64,000 bases of DNA, from assembly GCA_029263335.1 (NCBI GenBank), contig JAJCXS010000147.1:2682-66681 (forward strand), read 5' to 3'. The notes under the pieces are model-generated. The model had not been told where the DNA came from. It worked only from the letters and a program-made list of their open reading frames with translations, and searched no databases. A program made the translations under genes and the position numbers. Shown here in pieces: positions 8,237-18,058 of this stretch; position 1 is the first letter of the stretch, and each line of letters opens with the position of its first letter. This stretch comes from Acidobacteriota bacterium. GTDB lineage: Bacteria > Acidobacteriota > UBA890 > WLXD01.

Positions 8237-10102
8237 TTAGCGCGCCCCTGCGCCATCGGCGCTCATCGGTGCCGTGGCAGTCCGAGGGCCGCGAAGGTGG
8301 TTGGTGGCGCATCGATAGCCGCCGTTGCGGATCACGCTAGAGGTCAACGGCGGTAGCAACCGCAGATCGATGTTGGCGGCACGGAATACTTCGATAGCCG
8401 CGGCATCGCCACGCGGGATGCCGCTGGCGAAGCTCTCTGCCCGGTGTCCGCCGTCCCAGGCCGAGATGACGACATTGTTCCAGCCGATCAGGAAGTCCTC
8501 GTGCTCCAGGTCGGGTTGGTCGGCAAGCATGCTGGTGGGCGCCAGTAGCACCGGGGCTCGCCGGACGAAGAACCCTGCGCTGTCGAGGTTATCCGCTACG
8601 CTATCCAGGAAAGCAGCCAGCTGCGAGGCGCGTTGCCCGCTCGATGTCTGGGTGAGACTGGCAAGGACATCCGTCGCAGCATCGATCCCGTAGGTTCGGC
8701 GGAGGGCCGAGATATCGTCTGCCGACAGGGCTTGCAGCAGCTCGTGGCCGCCATCGACGCTGGCCACGATCGCGCGCGGCGGCGACGTTGCATCCGCTGC
8801 GACGATCGTCACCAGCGAGTCCAGATCGAACCCGCCGCCGCCTGCCAGGCGCCACAGCGCTGCGCTCCGTTCCTCTGCGGTGCCGGAACGCGGTAGCGCG
8901 TGGACGAAGCGGGGCTGACGATCGAAGAGCTGCCCAAGCTGGGCCGCGGCCGCCTCCGCCGCGTCGAGATACGTGTCGATACCCTCCGCCGTGGAGAACG
9001 ACTCGACCGGCACACGGTCCAGACCCATGTGCTCGAGGATCGCCCACTCGAGCGAATGAACGCTTACCCATACATGATCTCGAGTGAGCAGAATCTGGCC
9101 GTTGTGAAAGGGTGTCGGCGAGGTCTGCCAGCGCGGTTCATGCCAGCGGGCATCGAGTTCGCTCGGCAATTGCGCCACCAGCAGGCGTCCGAGGCTGGAG
9201 TCGTCTTCGCGACCGAGCTGCTCGTTGGGTCGAACAATGACGCTGACGCCACCATCGCCACGGCGCGCGAGGATCATCGGATCGCGTGGCCATGGGCTAT
9301 AGCCGCGCCCCTGCGTCAAGAGCAGATGTGTACGGGGGGAACGCGTCGGCCTCAGGGACGCCGCCATGGCCTGATCGGCCATGACCAGAATGTCGCGCTC
9401 GGGCGCGATGCTCTCGAGGGCCTCCAGGAAGCGCTCGGCTTCGGTCGCACCGATGAACTGGGACGTCAGCACGAGCACCGTCGCGACAATCGGAAGGTCG
9501 CTGTCGATGACCAGATCGCTGCTGTGCGCGGGAGCAACGTAGCGGCTGGTGCTCGAACGCTCGATCAAGCCCCAGGCGGCCGCCACGGTTTCGGCGATCT
9601 CGAAGTCCACGCCGGTAATCCGATTCAGCCCCTCGAGCATCGCCTGGCGCAGGCCCGCCGTGAGAGTAACGTCGCTGCCCTGGCGCAGCAGCGCGACGAC
9701 CTGGTAGCGGAAGGCGACGTCTTCGACGAAAAGCCGGGGATTGACGAGCTGAACGGTCAGCAGGCGGTCCAGGTCGGTCTCCGTCCACGTGGCGCGGGCA
9801 TCGAGCTCGTGTGCCATGGCGCGAACCGTAGCTGAGAGGTAGGCGCCGAGGGCCGATTCGGGCCCGGTCTGCGCGAGTTCGCGACTCAACAGCACCAGCA
9901 CCGGTCCTGACCGGGGGCCCCACTCGAGCAGGTATGCCGACAGCTGTTGCGAGGTTACCTCGGTCATCACCGTTGCGGCCGTTGCAGATGCCGGCAGCCG
10001 GTCGACGGGCGACACGCTCGCCGCCGAAGCCCACGGCGGCGCCCCCATAGCTGTCGCTACGGAAAGTACCAAGAGGACCCTCGATGCGATGCTGAAAGAC
10101 AT
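8237..10102 (-). CDS. Secreted agmatine-deiminase/PAD-like protein (guanidino-group modifying enzyme superfamily), unusually large
   Basis: Signal peptide present. A WxRDxxP-like motif (YSPWPRDPMIL) and a C-terminal catalytic-Cys motif (NGGYRCATNHL) resemble agmatine deiminase and porphyromonas-type PAD. Confidence 0.5.
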   Translation of the reverse strand: MSFSIASRVLLVLSVATAMGAPPWASAASVSPVDRLPASATAATVMTEVTSQQLSAYLLEWGPRSGPVLVLLSRELAQTGPESALGAYLSATVRAMAHELDARATWTETDLDRLLTVQLVNPRLFVEDVAFRYQVVALLRQGSDVTLTAGLRQAMLEGLNRITGVDFEIAETVAAAWGLIERSSTSRYVAPAHSSDLVIDSDLPIVATVLVLTSQFIGATEAERFLEALESIAPERDILVMADQAMAASLRPTRSPRTHLLLTQGRGYSPWPRDPMILARRGDGGVSVIVRPNEQLGREDDSSLGRLLVAQLPSELDARWHEPRWQTSPTPFHNGQILLTRDHVWVSVHSLEWAILEHMGLDRVPVESFSTAEGIDTYLDAAEAAAAQLGQLFDRQPRFVHALPRSGTAEERSAALWRLAGGGGFDLDSLVTIVAADATSPPRAIVASVDGGHELLQALSADDISALRRTYGIDAATDVLASLTQTSSGQRASQLAAFLDSVADNLDSAGFFVRRAPVLLAPTSMLADQPDLEHEDFLIGWNNVVISAWDGGHRAESFASGIPRGDAAAIEVFRAANIDLRLLPPLTSSVIRNGGYRCATNHLRGPRTATAPMSADGAGAR

Positions 10103-10334
10103 GCTTTCGCGTCAGCGCCGTGCGCAAGGGGGGGTAGTGAAGTGGGCGAGAACCGGGGGTCTTGCGAGTTCTCACAATCACTGTAACAAGAGCGGGGGTG
10201 ACGATTCAGGGGCAAAAAGGACCCGGCGCAGGGGTTTCTTGGGGGGGAATGTAAAGAAACGTAAAGGTCCACTGAGAGTGCAACGAGTCGCTAGACTGTG
10301 CCCTTCGTAGAAGCCCTTTTTGTGGAGCCGACTC

Positions 10335-13300
10335 ATGCGCCATTCGTCTCGTCTTGTTGTTGCCGCGTTAGCGTTACTAGCCCTGGGTCTGCTGGTCGTC
10401 TGCCCTGGCGTGGTGTCCGCGCAGGTCGACGCTCGGATGTTGCGCTATGCGGACGTCTCCGCCACGCACATCGTCTTCGTTTACGCTGGCGACATCTGGG
10501 TGGCTGCCAAGGCGGGTGGGGTCGCGCAGCGGCTGAGCACGCCGACCGGCGAGGAACAGTTTCCGCGCTTCTCGCCGGATGGATCGCGCATTGCCTTCCA
10601 GGCGAACTACGACGGCAACGTCGACATCTATGTGGTGCCCACACTCGGTGGTCAGGTCGAGCGGTTGACCCATCATCCATTGCCCGATCGTATGCTCGAC
10701 TGGTATCCGGACGGCAACTCGATACTGATCGCCAGCTTCATGCAGACCGAGAAGATGCGCTATCGGAAGTTCTTCCGTATCGGCGCGAACGGCGGGCTGC
10801 CCGAACGGCTCCCCGTTCCCTATGGCGAGTTCGGCGCGCTCTCGCCCGACGGCGGCACGATTGCCTACATGCCCAAGAGCCGCGACTTCCGTACCTGGAA
10901 GCGCTACCGCGGTGGTACGGCGCCCGAGATCTGGTTGTTCGATCTGGACAGCTACGCGGCCACCAATATCACCCAGAACATGGCCAACGATGGCCACCCG
11001 ATGTGGCACGGCGACACACTGTATTTCCTGTCCGACCGCGGACCGCGCGAGCGCGCCAACATCTGGGCGTATGACCGCATTGCCGGTACGAGCAGACAGG
11101 TGACGCAGTTCACCGACTTCGACGTGCGGTTTCCGGCGATTGGCCCGCAAGACCTGGTCTTCGAGGCCGGCGGCCGGCTCTACCTTCTCGATCTCGCCAG
11201 CGAGCAAATGAATGAGGTGCAGATCGAAGTAGTAACGGATCGCTCTACCTTGAAGCCGTACTCCGAGCGCGTGGGAGGGCAGCTCGCCAGCGCGGGGATC
11301 TCGCCCAGCGGTGCGCGGGCAGTGATCGAGGCCCGCGGCGAGATGTTCTCGGTGCCGGCCGAGAAAGGCATCGTGCGCAACCTCTCGCGCAGCTCCGGCT
11401 TCGCGGAGCGCTGGCCGCAGTGGTCGCCCGACGGGCGTTGGATCGCTTACTTCAGCGACGAGACCGGCGAGTACGAACTGACCGTCCGTGCGGCCGACGG
11501 CAGCGGCGAGCCGCAGCGGCTCACAACCCTGGGCGAAGGCTTCCGTTACACACCGTACTGGTCGCCCGATAGCAAGAAGCTGGCCTTCATCGACCAGGCC
11601 ATGCAGATCTGGATCCACGATCGCGATGCCGGCACGACCACGAAGATCGATGAGGGGCTCTACCTGTATCACGGTGGCCTCGCCAACTTCGAGCCGGACT
11701 GGTCGTCGGACAGCAACTGGCTCGCCTACTCGCGCGGTCTGCCGAATCGGCATAACGCGGTGTTTCTCTACGACACCTCCGGCGGCGAACGCCACCAGGT
11801 GACGAGTGGCTTCTATAGCGAGGCGTCGCCGCGTTTCGATCCGGAGGGCGAGTATCTGTACGTGCTCACCAACCGCGATCTTTCGCCCAGCTACAGCGAC
11901 ACCGACAGCACGTTCATCTACGCCAACACGACGAACGTGGCGGCGGTTGCCCTGCGCAACGATGTCCCCTCGCCGTTGGCCCCGGAGAGCGACGAGGAGC
12001 AGGTCGCGGACGACGCGGAAGGCGATGCGGACGATGAGAATGACGCCGACGGCAATAGCGATGCCGACGCCGACGCCGACGCCGATGCCGACGCCGATAC
12101 CGACGAAGACAAGGGCCTGCGAATTGATCTCGAGGACTTCGAACGCCGTCTGGTCGTGTTGCCCGTCGCCGCCGGTAACTACGCCGGGCTCGATGCCGTA
12201 TCGGGCAAGGTGATCTATCACCGTGCTCCGCGTACCGGGGCCGATGGGGGCGACAGTCCGATCCTGTTCTGGGACCTTGGCGAGCGCGAGGAGAAGACGA
12301 TCATCGGTGATGCCGGTGGCTTCGCCGTTGCCGCCAGCGGCAAGAAGATGCTCGTGCAGAGTGGGCCGCGGCTCGGCATCATTTCGGTCGCGCCGGGGCA
12401 GAAGCTCAGCGCTGCGCTGGACCTGGCCTCGCTCGAAATGGTCATCGAACCAGCCGCCGAGTGGCGGCAGATCTTCAACGATGCCTGGCGGCTGTTTCGC
12501 GACTACTTCTACGTCGCCAATATGCATGGCACCGACTGGCAGAACATCGGCGAGCGCTACAGCGAACTGCTCGATGACGTGGTCACTCGATGGGATCTCG
12601 ACTTCCTCATCGGCGAGCTGATCGGCGAGCTGAACGCCGGCCACACCTACAACCGCAGCGGCGATACGGAGCAAGCAGCGCAGCGCAACGTGGGCATGCT
12701 CGGCGTCGACTTCGAATTGAACGACGGCGCCTTCCGGATCGCTCGGATTCTCGACGGCGCGGCATGGGACAGCGAGGTGCGCTCGCCGCTTGCGCTGCCG
12801 GGCGTGAACGTCTCGGAGGGAGACTACCTGCTGGCGGTCAATGGAGTGCCGCTCGACACCGGGCGAGATCCCTGGGCCGCTTTTCAGGGTCTGGCCGGCG
12901 ACGTGGTGGAGCTCACGGTGAGCGACACGCCATCGATGGAGGGGGCCCGCAGGGTCCTCGTGGAGCCGCTGGGCAGCGAGGTGCGCCTGCGTAACCTGGC
13001 CTGGATCGAGGCCAACAGGCAACGCGTCGACGATGCCACCGACGGCCGCGTCGGTTACGTCTACGTTCCGGATACCGGCACTGGTGGACAGACCGAGTTG
13101 ATGCGGCAGTGGGCCAATCAGATCGACAAGGAAGCACTGATCATCGACGAGCGCTTCAATAACGGTGGTCAGATTCCGGATCGGTTCATCGAGATGCTCG
13201 ACCGGCCTCTGTACAGTTACTGGGGCGTGCGCGACGGCGATGATTGGCAGTGGCCCCCGGTGGCTCAGATCGGTCCCAAGGTCATGCTCATCAACGGTTG

Positions 13301-13652
13301 GAGCGGATCGGGCGGTGACGCATTCCCGTTCTTCTTCCGACACGCGGGCCTCGGGCCGCTCATTGGCACCCGCACCTGGGGCGGGCTCATCGGTTACACG
13401 GGGGCACCCTCGCTGGTGGACGGAGGCGGACTCGCCATCCCGACCTTCGGCATCTACTCGCTCGAGGGTGAGTGGATCATCGAGGGCTATGGCGTCGATC
13501 CCGACATCGAGGTCGTCGACAATCCCACCGACCTGGCGAACGGCATCGATCCACAGATCGAAGCCGGGATCACCGAGATCCTACGTCTGCTCGAAGAGAA
13601 CCCGCCAACGCGCCCGGCTCGACCGGCTGCACCGGATCGTTCCCAACGCTAG
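10335..13652 (+). CDS. Tricorn protease homolog (S41-family, beta-propeller + PDZ + C-terminal peptidase)
   Basis: Signal peptide. Characteristic N-terminal block (…SATHIVFVYAGDIWVAAKAGG…RLT..TGEEQFPRFSPDGSRIAFQANYDGNVDIYVV), a PDZ region and a C-terminal S41 domain (…NGWSGSGGDAFPFFFRH…GTRTWGG). There is an acidic low-complexity insertion (DADGNSDADADADADADADTDED). Confidence 0.85.
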   Translation: MRHSSRLVVAALALLALGLLVVCPGVVSAQVDARMLRYADVSATHIVFVYAGDIWVAAKAGGVAQRLSTPTGEEQFPRFSPDGSRIAFQANYDGNVDIYVVPTLGGQVERLTHHPLPDRMLDWYPDGNSILIASFMQTEKMRYRKFFRIGANGGLPERLPVPYGEFGALSPDGGTIAYMPKSRDFRTWKRYRGGTAPEIWLFDLDSYAATNITQNMANDGHPMWHGDTLYFLSDRGPRERANIWAYDRIAGTSRQVTQFTDFDVRFPAIGPQDLVFEAGGRLYLLDLASEQMNEVQIEVVTDRSTLKPYSERVGGQLASAGISPSGARAVIEARGEMFSVPAEKGIVRNLSRSSGFAERWPQWSPDGRWIAYFSDETGEYELTVRAADGSGEPQRLTTLGEGFRYTPYWSPDSKKLAFIDQAMQIWIHDRDAGTTTKIDEGLYLYHGGLANFEPDWSSDSNWLAYSRGLPNRHNAVFLYDTSGGERHQVTSGFYSEASPRFDPEGEYLYVLTNRDLSPSYSDTDSTFIYANTTNVAAVALRNDVPSPLAPESDEEQVADDAEGDADDENDADGNSDADADADADADADTDEDKGLRIDLEDFERRLVVLPVAAGNYAGLDAVSGKVIYHRAPRTGADGGDSPILFWDLGEREEKTIIGDAGGFAVAASGKKMLVQSGPRLGIISVAPGQKLSAALDLASLEMVIEPAAEWRQIFNDAWRLFRDYFYVANMHGTDWQNIGERYSELLDDVVTRWDLDFLIGELIGELNAGHTYNRSGDTEQAAQRNVGMLGVDFELNDGAFRIARILDGAAWDSEVRSPLALPGVNVSEGDYLLAVNGVPLDTGRDPWAAFQGLAGDVVELTVSDTPSMEGARRVLVEPLGSEVRLRNLAWIEANRQRVDDATDGRVGYVYVPDTGTGGQTELMRQWANQIDKEALIIDERFNNGGQIPDRFIEMLDRPLYSYWGVRDGDDWQWPPVAQIGPKVMLINGWSGSGGDAFPFFFRHAGLGPLIGTRTWGGLIGYTGAPSLVDGGGLAIPTFGIYSLEGEWIIEGYGVDPDIEVVDNPTDLANGIDPQIEAGITEILRLLEENPPTRPARPAAPDRSQR

Positions 13653-13691
13653 AGACAAGGTTCGTAGCGATTACCCCCTAGGAGAATTCCC

Positions 13692-14039
13692 GTGGTTGGA
13701 CCGCCAGCGATGAGTTCGGATCACGTCGTCACGCTGTTTTGGAGCCGTCTGCGCGACGATCTTGGAGAGGACGGCTTGGCTGATTATCAGCGCGATCTCG
13801 AGCACATCCTCGCGTTGGCTCGTGCCATGCCCGGATTCGTCTCGGTAGCCCCTTACACAGGCCCGGATGGCGAGCGTCTGACGATTGTCGTGTTCGACTC
13901 CGAGGAATCCCAGACCGCCTGGCGACGACACCCTGAGCATGTGGCGGCACAGCGTCGCGGCAAGGATCGGTACTACGCTGGTTATCAGATCGTCGTGGCC
14001 GGCCCGAAACGGTTTCACGCCGGTGGACCAGCGCAGTAG
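13692..14039 (+). CDS. Antibiotic-biosynthesis-monooxygenase (ABM) domain protein
   Basis: ABM-like ferredoxin-fold sequence (VVTLFWSRL…FVSVAPYTGPDGERLTIVVFDSEESQTAWRRHPEHVAAQRRG). GTG start at 13692 is preceded by GGAGA at a 6-nt spacing. Confidence 0.6.
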   Translation: MVGPPAMSSDHVVTLFWSRLRDDLGEDGLADYQRDLEHILALARAMPGFVSVAPYTGPDGERLTIVVFDSEESQTAWRRHPEHVAAQRRGKDRYYAGYQIVVAGPKRFHAGGPAQ

Positions 14040-14053
14040 AGGGCTGCGTCAGG

Positions 14054-16753
14054 TCAATCCGTTCGTAGCGACTCAACCGGGTCGATGGTGATCGCGCGTC
14101 GTGCCGGGACCAGACTCGCGGTCAGAGCGACCAAGGCCAGCACGGTGGCGGCGCCGATGTAGGTCGGGATGTCGGTGGCGCTAACGTCGTAGAGCAGCGA
14201 GGCGATCAAGCGGCTCGCCGCCGCGGCGATCGCCAGACCGACAACGATACCGGCTCCGACCCAGACCATGCCCTGGCCCACGACCCAGCGAGCCACGTCG
14301 GTGCCGCGGGCGCCGAGCGCCATACGGATGCCGATTTCACGGCTGCGCTGGGCCACCGAATTGGCGACGACGCCGTAGATCCCGATCGCGGCGAGTGTCA
14401 GCGCGAGGCCAGCGAACAAAGCCACCAGCATGGCGGAGAAACGGGGTTCGGAAACAGAGGCGTTGACCAACCCGTCGAGGGTCACGACATTCTCGATGGT
14501 CTGATCGGGGTTCACCGCCCAGATCGCATGGTTCACTGCGGCCTGGAGCCCTGTGGGCTCGGTACTCGTGCGGACCACCAGCGTCATGCCGGAGCGGGTG
14601 ATCTGCTGGACGGATGTGTAGAGAACGTTGACCACCTCTTCGTCGAGGCTCGACTGAGTCACGTTGCCGACGACACCGATGATGGCGACTTCGCCGTTGC
14701 CTACGCCCAGCCGGCTACCTACGGCGTCGCCGTCGGGGAAGTGCCGGTCGGCCATCGCCTGGTTGATGATTCCGCGCAGTTCGCCGGCCTCGCGGTTGTC
14801 GCGCTCGTCGAAGCCGCGGCCGGCCATCAGCGGAATCCCCATGGCGGCAAAAGCGTCATCGGAGGCCCAGCGTAGATATGCCGTGGGCCATTGACCTTCC
14901 GGTGGTGCCGGATTGCCCACAACCATGAAGTCGAGGTCCTCGCCCTGGAAAGTGTCCGGGGTGAGTGGCATCGGTCGAATGAGCCCGGCGATCTCGACGC
15001 CGGGTACGTCGCGGACACTTTGCAGGATGTCGCCAAAGAACTGGCTGATGTCTGCGGAGCCTTCGAGCTTGTACCCCGGTGCCGAGACCTTCATGGCGAC
15101 GGTGTGGTCGCCATCGAAACCGGGCTCGACCTGGAGCAGCTCGTTCAAGCTGCGCAGTAGCAGACCGGCTCCGATCACGAGAACAACGACCATCGCTACC
15201 TCGGCGACAATCAAGAGGCCGCGCATGCGGACCCGCCCCTCGGTCTGGGAGCCGCTGCCGCCGGCCAGTTTGAGTTCGCTCTGCAGGTCGCCGCGCCAGG
15301 CGCGCCAGGCCGGCGCGAGGCCGAACATCAGCCCGGTGAGAAGCGAAGCCCCGAGCGAGAACGCGACGACCGCGGGATCGATGCCGACCTCCGCCAGACG
15401 GGGAACCTCGTCAGGTGCCGCAGCGACCAGCAGCTTGATCGACAGGCTACCGAGTAGAAGACCTGCGCAGCCGCCGATGGCGGCAAGGAGTGCCGACTCC
15501 GTGAGGAGTTGGCGGGCCAGTCGTCCTCGGCCCGCCCCCAGCGCCGCGCGCACTGCGAATTCGCGAGTCCGGCCCTGGGCCCGGACCAGCATCAGGTTGG
15601 CGACGTTGGCACAGCAGATCAGCAGCACGACGCCGACCGCGCCGAGCAGAGTGAGCAGGCCAGTGCGGGCGTCACCCGTCACCTGATCGTGCAGCGGCAC
15701 GATGCGCACCTCGGTGAGTTCGTCGTTGCTGTCTGGGTACTCCGCGGCGAGGCGCTTGGCGACCGTATCCAGATCGGCCTGCGCCGCCTCCATGGTCACT
15801 CCCGGTGCCAGTCGACCGACGGCATGGAGGAAGCGCACCCCGCGCCGCCGCGGTACTCCGCTCTCGGGTATGACCGATAGCGGTACCCAGAGTTCGCCCT
15901 CCGCGGACGGATAGTCGAAGGTCGCCGGCATGACACCGATCACGATGTAGGGCGTGTCACTGAGCGTGATCGTGGAACCAACGATCGCCGCGTCGCCGGC
16001 GAAGCGCGTCTGCCACGTACCGTAGGAAAGCACTGCGACGGCGTTGTCGCCTTCCGCATGGTCCGCCACGACGATCGGGCGACCGAGAAGCGGCGCGACC
16101 GCTAGGGTCTCGAAGAATCCTTCCTCGACGAAGTGGGCCAGTACGCGGTCGGGCCGGTCATCGCCTGTCAGCACGAAGCCTCCCATTGAAACAGCCGGGA
16201 AGGCGGTCATCTGCGAGAAGGACTCGCCTTGATCGCGCCAGTCGCGAAAATCGTGCGGCGATACCGTGCCGCGCACACTGTCGCGCACAGGATAGGCCGA
16301 GTAGATGCGCACCAGTTGCTCGGCGTCCGGATAGGGTAGCGGCCGCAGGAGCACAGCGTTGACCATGCTGAAGATCGCGGCGTTGGCACCGATGCCGAGC
16401 GCGATGGTGAGGATCGCGGCGAGCGCAAACACGGGACTCTTGAGCAGCGACCGGAAACCGTAGCGAATGTCTTGCAGGATCGATACGAACATTTCAACAG
16501 GTCCGAGTCGGGGAGATTCGGGGTTGGGCAGCGGCGCACGGCGCAGCGGCCGAGCGTCGCGAGAAAGGGCTAGACGAAGGGCTTGCGCCCAGTACCAGAG
16601 CGCGGTCGCAAGTCGCGAATGTAGCCTGCACCGCTCAGCGAACTCCTCGCGCAGATCGCCGACGACGAAACTGCCAACGCCGGAGGCGGCGAGCCGTCGC
16701 CGCAGCCAGCGCTCGACGAGGCGCGGTGGGGAAGGAATCGAATCGCTGGACAC
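14054..16753 (-). CDS. ADOP-family FtsX-like duplicated ABC permease with N-terminal 'permease prefix' domain
   Basis: 899 aa. N-terminal cytoplasmic prefix (…[32 protein letters not shown]), then two FtsX modules with large periplasmic loops. Confidence 0.85.
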   Translation of the reverse strand: MSSDSIPSPPRLVERWLRRRLAASGVGSFVVGDLREEFAERCRLHSRLATALWYWAQALRLALSRDARPLRRAPLPNPESPRLGPVEMFVSILQDIRYGFRSLLKSPVFALAAILTIALGIGANAAIFSMVNAVLLRPLPYPDAEQLVRIYSAYPVRDSVRGTVSPHDFRDWRDQGESFSQMTAFPAVSMGGFVLTGDDRPDRVLAHFVEEGFFETLAVAPLLGRPIVVADHAEGDNAVAVLSYGTWQTRFAGDAAIVGSTITLSDTPYIVIGVMPATFDYPSAEGELWVPLSVIPESGVPRRRGVRFLHAVGRLAPGVTMEAAQADLDTVAKRLAAEYPDSNDELTEVRIVPLHDQVTGDARTGLLTLLGAVGVVLLICCANVANLMLVRAQGRTREFAVRAALGAGRGRLARQLLTESALLAAIGGCAGLLLGSLSIKLLVAAAPDEVPRLAEVGIDPAVVAFSLGASLLTGLMFGLAPAWRAWRGDLQSELKLAGGSGSQTEGRVRMRGLLIVAEVAMVVVLVIGAGLLLRSLNELLQVEPGFDGDHTVAMKVSAPGYKLEGSADISQFFGDILQSVRDVPGVEIAGLIRPMPLTPDTFQGEDLDFMVVGNPAPPEGQWPTAYLRWASDDAFAAMGIPLMAGRGFDERDNREAGELRGIINQAMADRHFPDGDAVGSRLGVGNGEVAIIGVVGNVTQSSLDEEVVNVLYTSVQQITRSGMTLVVRTSTEPTGLQAAVNHAIWAVNPDQTIENVVTLDGLVNASVSEPRFSAMLVALFAGLALTLAAIGIYGVVANSVAQRSREIGIRMALGARGTDVARWVVGQGMVWVGAGIVVGLAIAAAASRLIASLLYDVSATDIPTYIGAATVLALVALTASLVPARRAITIDPVESLRTD

Positions 16754-16755
16754 AG

Positions 16756-17085
16756 TCAGCCGTCGAGAGCCCGTTCCAACCCTTGGGAGAGGTTGGCAAT
16801 GGCGCGCTGCGAGTGCCGCAGAGCAATGAGTCCGGGTTCCGTTACCTGGAAGCGGCGGCGCGGGATGCCGCCGCGCTCCGGGGTGCTGTCTTCGACCTGC
16901 CAGTCGAGGAATCCTTTCTCCTGCAAGCGGGTCAGTGTGCCGTAGAGCGCTCCACGCGCGACGCTGCGGCTAGCCTGTTCCTCGATCTGCTCGCGTACCC
17001 GAATCGCGTGTGCGTGTTCTCCCAACTGCATCACCGCGAGCATGACGAGATGCTCAAACTCTCCCAGGAATGTCGCTGTACCCAT
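16756..17085 (-). CDS. PadR-family transcriptional regulator
   Basis: Winged-HTH PadR signature ([29 protein letters not shown]…[16 protein letters not shown]). It lies directly upstream of the ADOP permease, with a 2-nt gap. Confidence 0.85.
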   Translation of the reverse strand: MGTATFLGEFEHLVMLAVMQLGEHAHAIRVREQIEEQASRSVARGALYGTLTRLQEKGFLDWQVEDSTPERGGIPRRRFQVTEPGLIALRHSQRAIANLSQGLERALDG

Positions 17086-17272
17086 GTGGTCCTCTCGGCC
17101 GGCCCAACTGCGGATGGGTTCGGGATCGGAAATCGCTGTCTAGTTTCCAGACAGTGACTACAATACTGACACTGAGTGTTCCGCACAAGCCCTAGAAGAC
17201 AAGTGTGGCTCCTGGTGTCCGCGCTGCAGCGGCCGGGTCGCGACGGCGACCTCGTGCGGCGGGTCGTGTCGG

Positions 17273-17656
17273 CTAGCCGAGCCGCTGCTCGTCCGCGTCC
17301 TGGGGCCGGCCCCCTTCCTGGGGAGCCTCCTCGGGACTTACCTCGGGGGCCGGCATGCCTTCCGGAACAGGGGTGTCGAACAGGTCGCGGGAGGTAGATT
17401 CGCCGACCGAGCTGAGCAGCCAGTACATGCCGAAGGCGACAGCGAGCAAGGCGACCAGCATGACGACAATGGAGATCTTGTTCCACTTCGACAGGCGGAA
17501 GGGCTCGGGCTCGGGGCCGTGCTCGCGCGCCGCTTCGATAAGACGCTCGGCGCATTCCGGGCACTCCTTGCAGTGCTCGATAATGCGGAACTTCTTGTAG
17601 CGGCCGAGCTCGTCGCGGGCGTAGTTGACCATGTCCTGGTCGTTCGGATGACTCAT
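17273..17656 (-). CDS. Hypothetical small membrane protein with N-terminal CxxC…CxxC zinc-ribbon-like motif
   Basis: IEHCKECPECAERL, then one TM segment (ISIVVMLVALLAVAFGMYWLL) and an acidic/Pro-rich tail. Confidence 0.4.
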   Translation of the reverse strand: MSHPNDQDMVNYARDELGRYKKFRIIEHCKECPECAERLIEAAREHGPEPEPFRLSKWNKISIVVMLVALLAVAFGMYWLLSSVGESTSRDLFDTPVPEGMPAPEVSPEEAPQEGGRPQDADEQRLG

Positions 17657-17733
17657 GCGGACGATTGTACCCGTTCGGGCCCGGCGTCTTCTTGCGCTGC
17701 GGCCGCGGGCGTCGCCGCGCGATCGAGCTGGTC

Positions 17734-18057
17734 TCAGGCCGAGCTATGGGGGACCGATTCCGACATACGGCGCAGGCGTCGCTGAGCCGCGCGCACGGCG
17801 TGCTCACCTTCCGCAGTTGCACGCGCGATGCGGCGCGGGCGACCGCCGGTTGGCGACGAGGAGGGTTCGCCCGTGAAGCGGAGGTACGCCTTGGCCTCCA
17901 GCCGTCGAAGCGTGGAGTACACGGCGCCAAACGACACGTCGCGCTCGGCCCGTTCCGTGATGAGTCGCCGGATCGGCACTCCGTAGGCCTCGTCCCCAAG
18001 TTGCATCACCGCCAGCAACACGAGGTGCTCGAATTCGCCCAGATAGTCGTTGGCCAT
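17734..18057 (-). CDS. PadR-family transcriptional regulator
   Basis: GEFEHLVLLAVMQLGDEAYGVPIRRLI…GAVYSTLRRLEAKAYL. It lies 1 nt downstream of an ADOP permease gene. Confidence 0.85.
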   Translation of the reverse strand: MANDYLGEFEHLVLLAVMQLGDEAYGVPIRRLITERAERDVSFGAVYSTLRRLEAKAYLRFTGEPSSSPTGGRPRRIARATAEGEHAVRAAQRRLRRMSESVPHSSA

Positions 18058-18058
18058 G

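Noticed and set aside
10377-13343. 988-aa ORF antisense to the tricorn protease gene
   Set aside because: It lies entirely inside, and opposite to, a gene with clear tricorn homology. Long antisense ORFs are expected at this GC content because stop codons are AT-rich. The translation has no recognisable motifs and is Arg/Ala/Gly-biased.
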